A stretch of DNA of 64,000 nt from Octopus bimaculoides (lineage: Eukaryota). Every line of letters begins with the position of its first letter. The first letter of the stretch is position 1. The stretch spans positions 149,771,620-149,835,619 of the forward strand of contig NC_068982.1 of assembly GCF_001194135.2 (NCBI RefSeq), given 5' to 3'. Shown in pieces: positions 61,521 through 64,000 of this stretch. The notes beneath the pieces are model-generated. The model ran no database searches. It saw only the letters and a list, made by a program, of their open reading frames with translations, and had not been told where the DNA came from. The position numbers and the translations under genes are program-made.

Positions 61521-62792
61521 NNNNNNNNNNNNNNNNNNNNNNNNNNNNNNNNNNNNNNNNNNNNNNNNNNNNNNNNNNNNNNNNNNNNNNNNNNNNNNNN
61601 NNNNNNNNNNNNNNNNNNNNNNNNNNNNNNNNNNNNNNNNNNNNNNNNNNNTTTTTTTTTTTTTTTTTTTTGTTTTTGTTTTTTTCTGGGTTGTGGATCA
61701 AATAATAAGGTATTTTGTGTAGCCATAGGAACTTGTGTATATTAACTTGACACATTCCAGTATTAGAAATGGCAGCTTTTCCTCAGGTCATATAGCACTT
61801 TCGTAGCAGTTGTAATAGATTGTTACAGTTTGGTGATTTTCATCCCTTCCTTTTTCTGTTTTTATGTGTATATAATTTTTAGATGTGGTAATCTTCTGAA
61901 TAAGTTTTTCTTTTCTGGCTAAATAGAAGATATGAAAATTTTTGTAAAGGCAGAATACAAGCTTTAAAATGTCAACTGTTAAACCTAAATATTAAACAAT
62001 CGTATTTACACCTCCATCCATCTTTTTCATCTCATATATATGTATATATGTATGTGTGTGTAAATATATATATCTGTGTATACATAGTATGTATATATGG
62101 TTTATCCCTTCCAGGAGTTTTTAATAGTGGTGGGCATTTAAAAACAAGTACATCCACCATCTGCTTCTGACAGCTAAACTATAGCTTGTACAAGTACCAT
62201 ATGAACAAGAGAAGATTCTCATCTCATCGTATTAGTAGCTATTCTGTTTTTCTCTCAAGGAATTAATCCATTCTAAGTACTAAAACACTTAGATTTGTCA
62301 TTAGTTAATACTATTCTCCTATCAATATTCATTTACTTTTTAATACTAGTGTATATGCTTTTGAAAATTCTGTATCTCATTTCTGACTGTTTTCTGGAAT
62401 TAGAACATTTTGTTTTTTAAAGTTTGTAATTTTTTTTTTAATTATTGTGGTCATTTTTATATTCCTTGCATTAGTTTGTAATTTTCAATTTATTTTAACT
62501 TAGTACATACACCGTCAGTGGTGCAGCCAGTGATCCTCAAACACTAATACACGTGTACTAATATTGCTATTGTGGTATATGTTTTGTTTTCTCTTTTATG
62601 TGTTCTTACATCTTTTTATTGTTATAAATGGAAAAACAATTGAGATCTTCCCAGTGAAGTAAAATTTCACCATTATTTAAAAAAAAAACAAAAAAAAAAC
62701 ACTAAAAAAAAGTACATTGTAAAATACATTTCATTCGGTGATTACTATCTTGGAAAGGAAAGCAAATTTCCTTTTCAGAATTTCTGCTCAGA

Positions 62793-62830
<38 letters not shown>

Positions 62831-64000
62831 AATTTTAAGTCTAATATAACTCAGTGTGTGCTTTGAGCTTAATCTGTTCATATACTTTCATTTCTTGATT
62901 TTATTTTTGTCTCTCCTCTTACATTACAAAGGTTTGAAATACCTTCAACTAGACTGGTGCTTTCTGTTAAATATCTAATTCCTATGAGGAATTTACCATC
63001 AAAGCCTCTTCACTTAATAGGTCTTATTTTACTACGCAATGACCATACTGCTGGCTTTCTGACATTTTACTTTAGTGGCCTTATTAAACCCATACTCTCA
63101 TACATCCACACACGCATACAAACAGCATAGCAACAACTATTAAAAGTACAATAAACAAAGCATACTGTGTAGTTAAATTGTTGCCAAGAATTTTTCAACA
63201 TTTGTTTCTTTCTAAGTTATATATTACGGGGGAAATGCTTTCCCTAGTACTTGCTCTGCTGTTTAAGTCCTTAATTATCTCATTGCAGCATAAAATTAAT
63301 CTTGTATTTTCAGTGTAAAATAGCAGAAACAATTTTCTAAAGGTAGATGTTAGTATCATTACTCAAAATTTTGGAGGCCCAGTTAAGTTTCAATAGAATT
63401 GTTTATCGATTTTCAAGGAAACACAAATTACACGACTGTTTTAAGTTATTCCAGGATACTTTATTTAAATGAAAAGAAAGAAAAGGTGTTTATTCCATTT
63501 AGTGATGTGATTAATTTGACAAATATCTGAACTGTCCATAATGGTTCACTGATGTTCTGTGATGTCTTATGAATTTCTGCCAGCCAATCAAATATGAATC
63601 GACAAAAATGAAGCAAACCAACCAAAATATTATAAGGAAATGTATTTAAAATTTTAAAAAAAAAGTTATTGAAGTAGGTTTGGAGAAAGCACTGTTTAAT
63701 ATGTGACAAAAAAAAGTGTAAATTAAAAAGCTTCCAATTTTGCTAAACCATGAGACTGATTCCATATTCACCTCATTATGTTGACTTCTTAAATACTGGT
63801 AATATTCATTTTCATATAGATTCACCCATATGCAACTCATTTATATCTTAACAACTAGAATCTAAGAATTTATCGTTTGTGTATTGTAAAACTGTGATAA
63901 TCTATGCTTTTTAAAAAGTTGAAATTATTTAAACTGCTTAATCTGGACTTTCTAGATATAAAAAAATATATATAATTTTTAAAAAAGCAAAAAAAAAATT

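Overview
AT-rich eukaryotic genomic DNA with several N gaps and dense microsatellites. The repeat families look like those of an Octopus-type coleoid cephalopod; that is my inference from recalled repeats, not a database result. One large plus-strand gene dominates the window: GW182/TNRC6, the miRNA-silencing scaffold. Eight well-supported coding exons span 38453-56099 and encode the GW/WG-rich Argonaute-binding region with both conserved motifs, a long polyQ, UBA, a Q-rich/M domain, PAM2, RRM and the C-terminal LWG...GGESM end. Candidate upstream exons at 9481, 19879, 20862, 30857 and 36789 suggest alternative N-termini. One fully in-frame chain starting at ATG 19937 gives 1878 aa. The introns hold young and old RTE-clade LINE copies, tRNA-like SINEs sharing the LINE 3' tail, a degenerate hAT-like DNA transposon with TIRs and TSD, a piggyBac-like fragment, TTAA-flanked MITEs and a degenerate minisatellite. 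I see no prokaryotic features, no CRISPR and no convincing new multi-gene system. The most unusual signals are a roughly 100-bp target-site duplication, apparent (TA)n targeting and hairpin-bounded truncation of the young RTE, and complex in-frame splice options in GW182.
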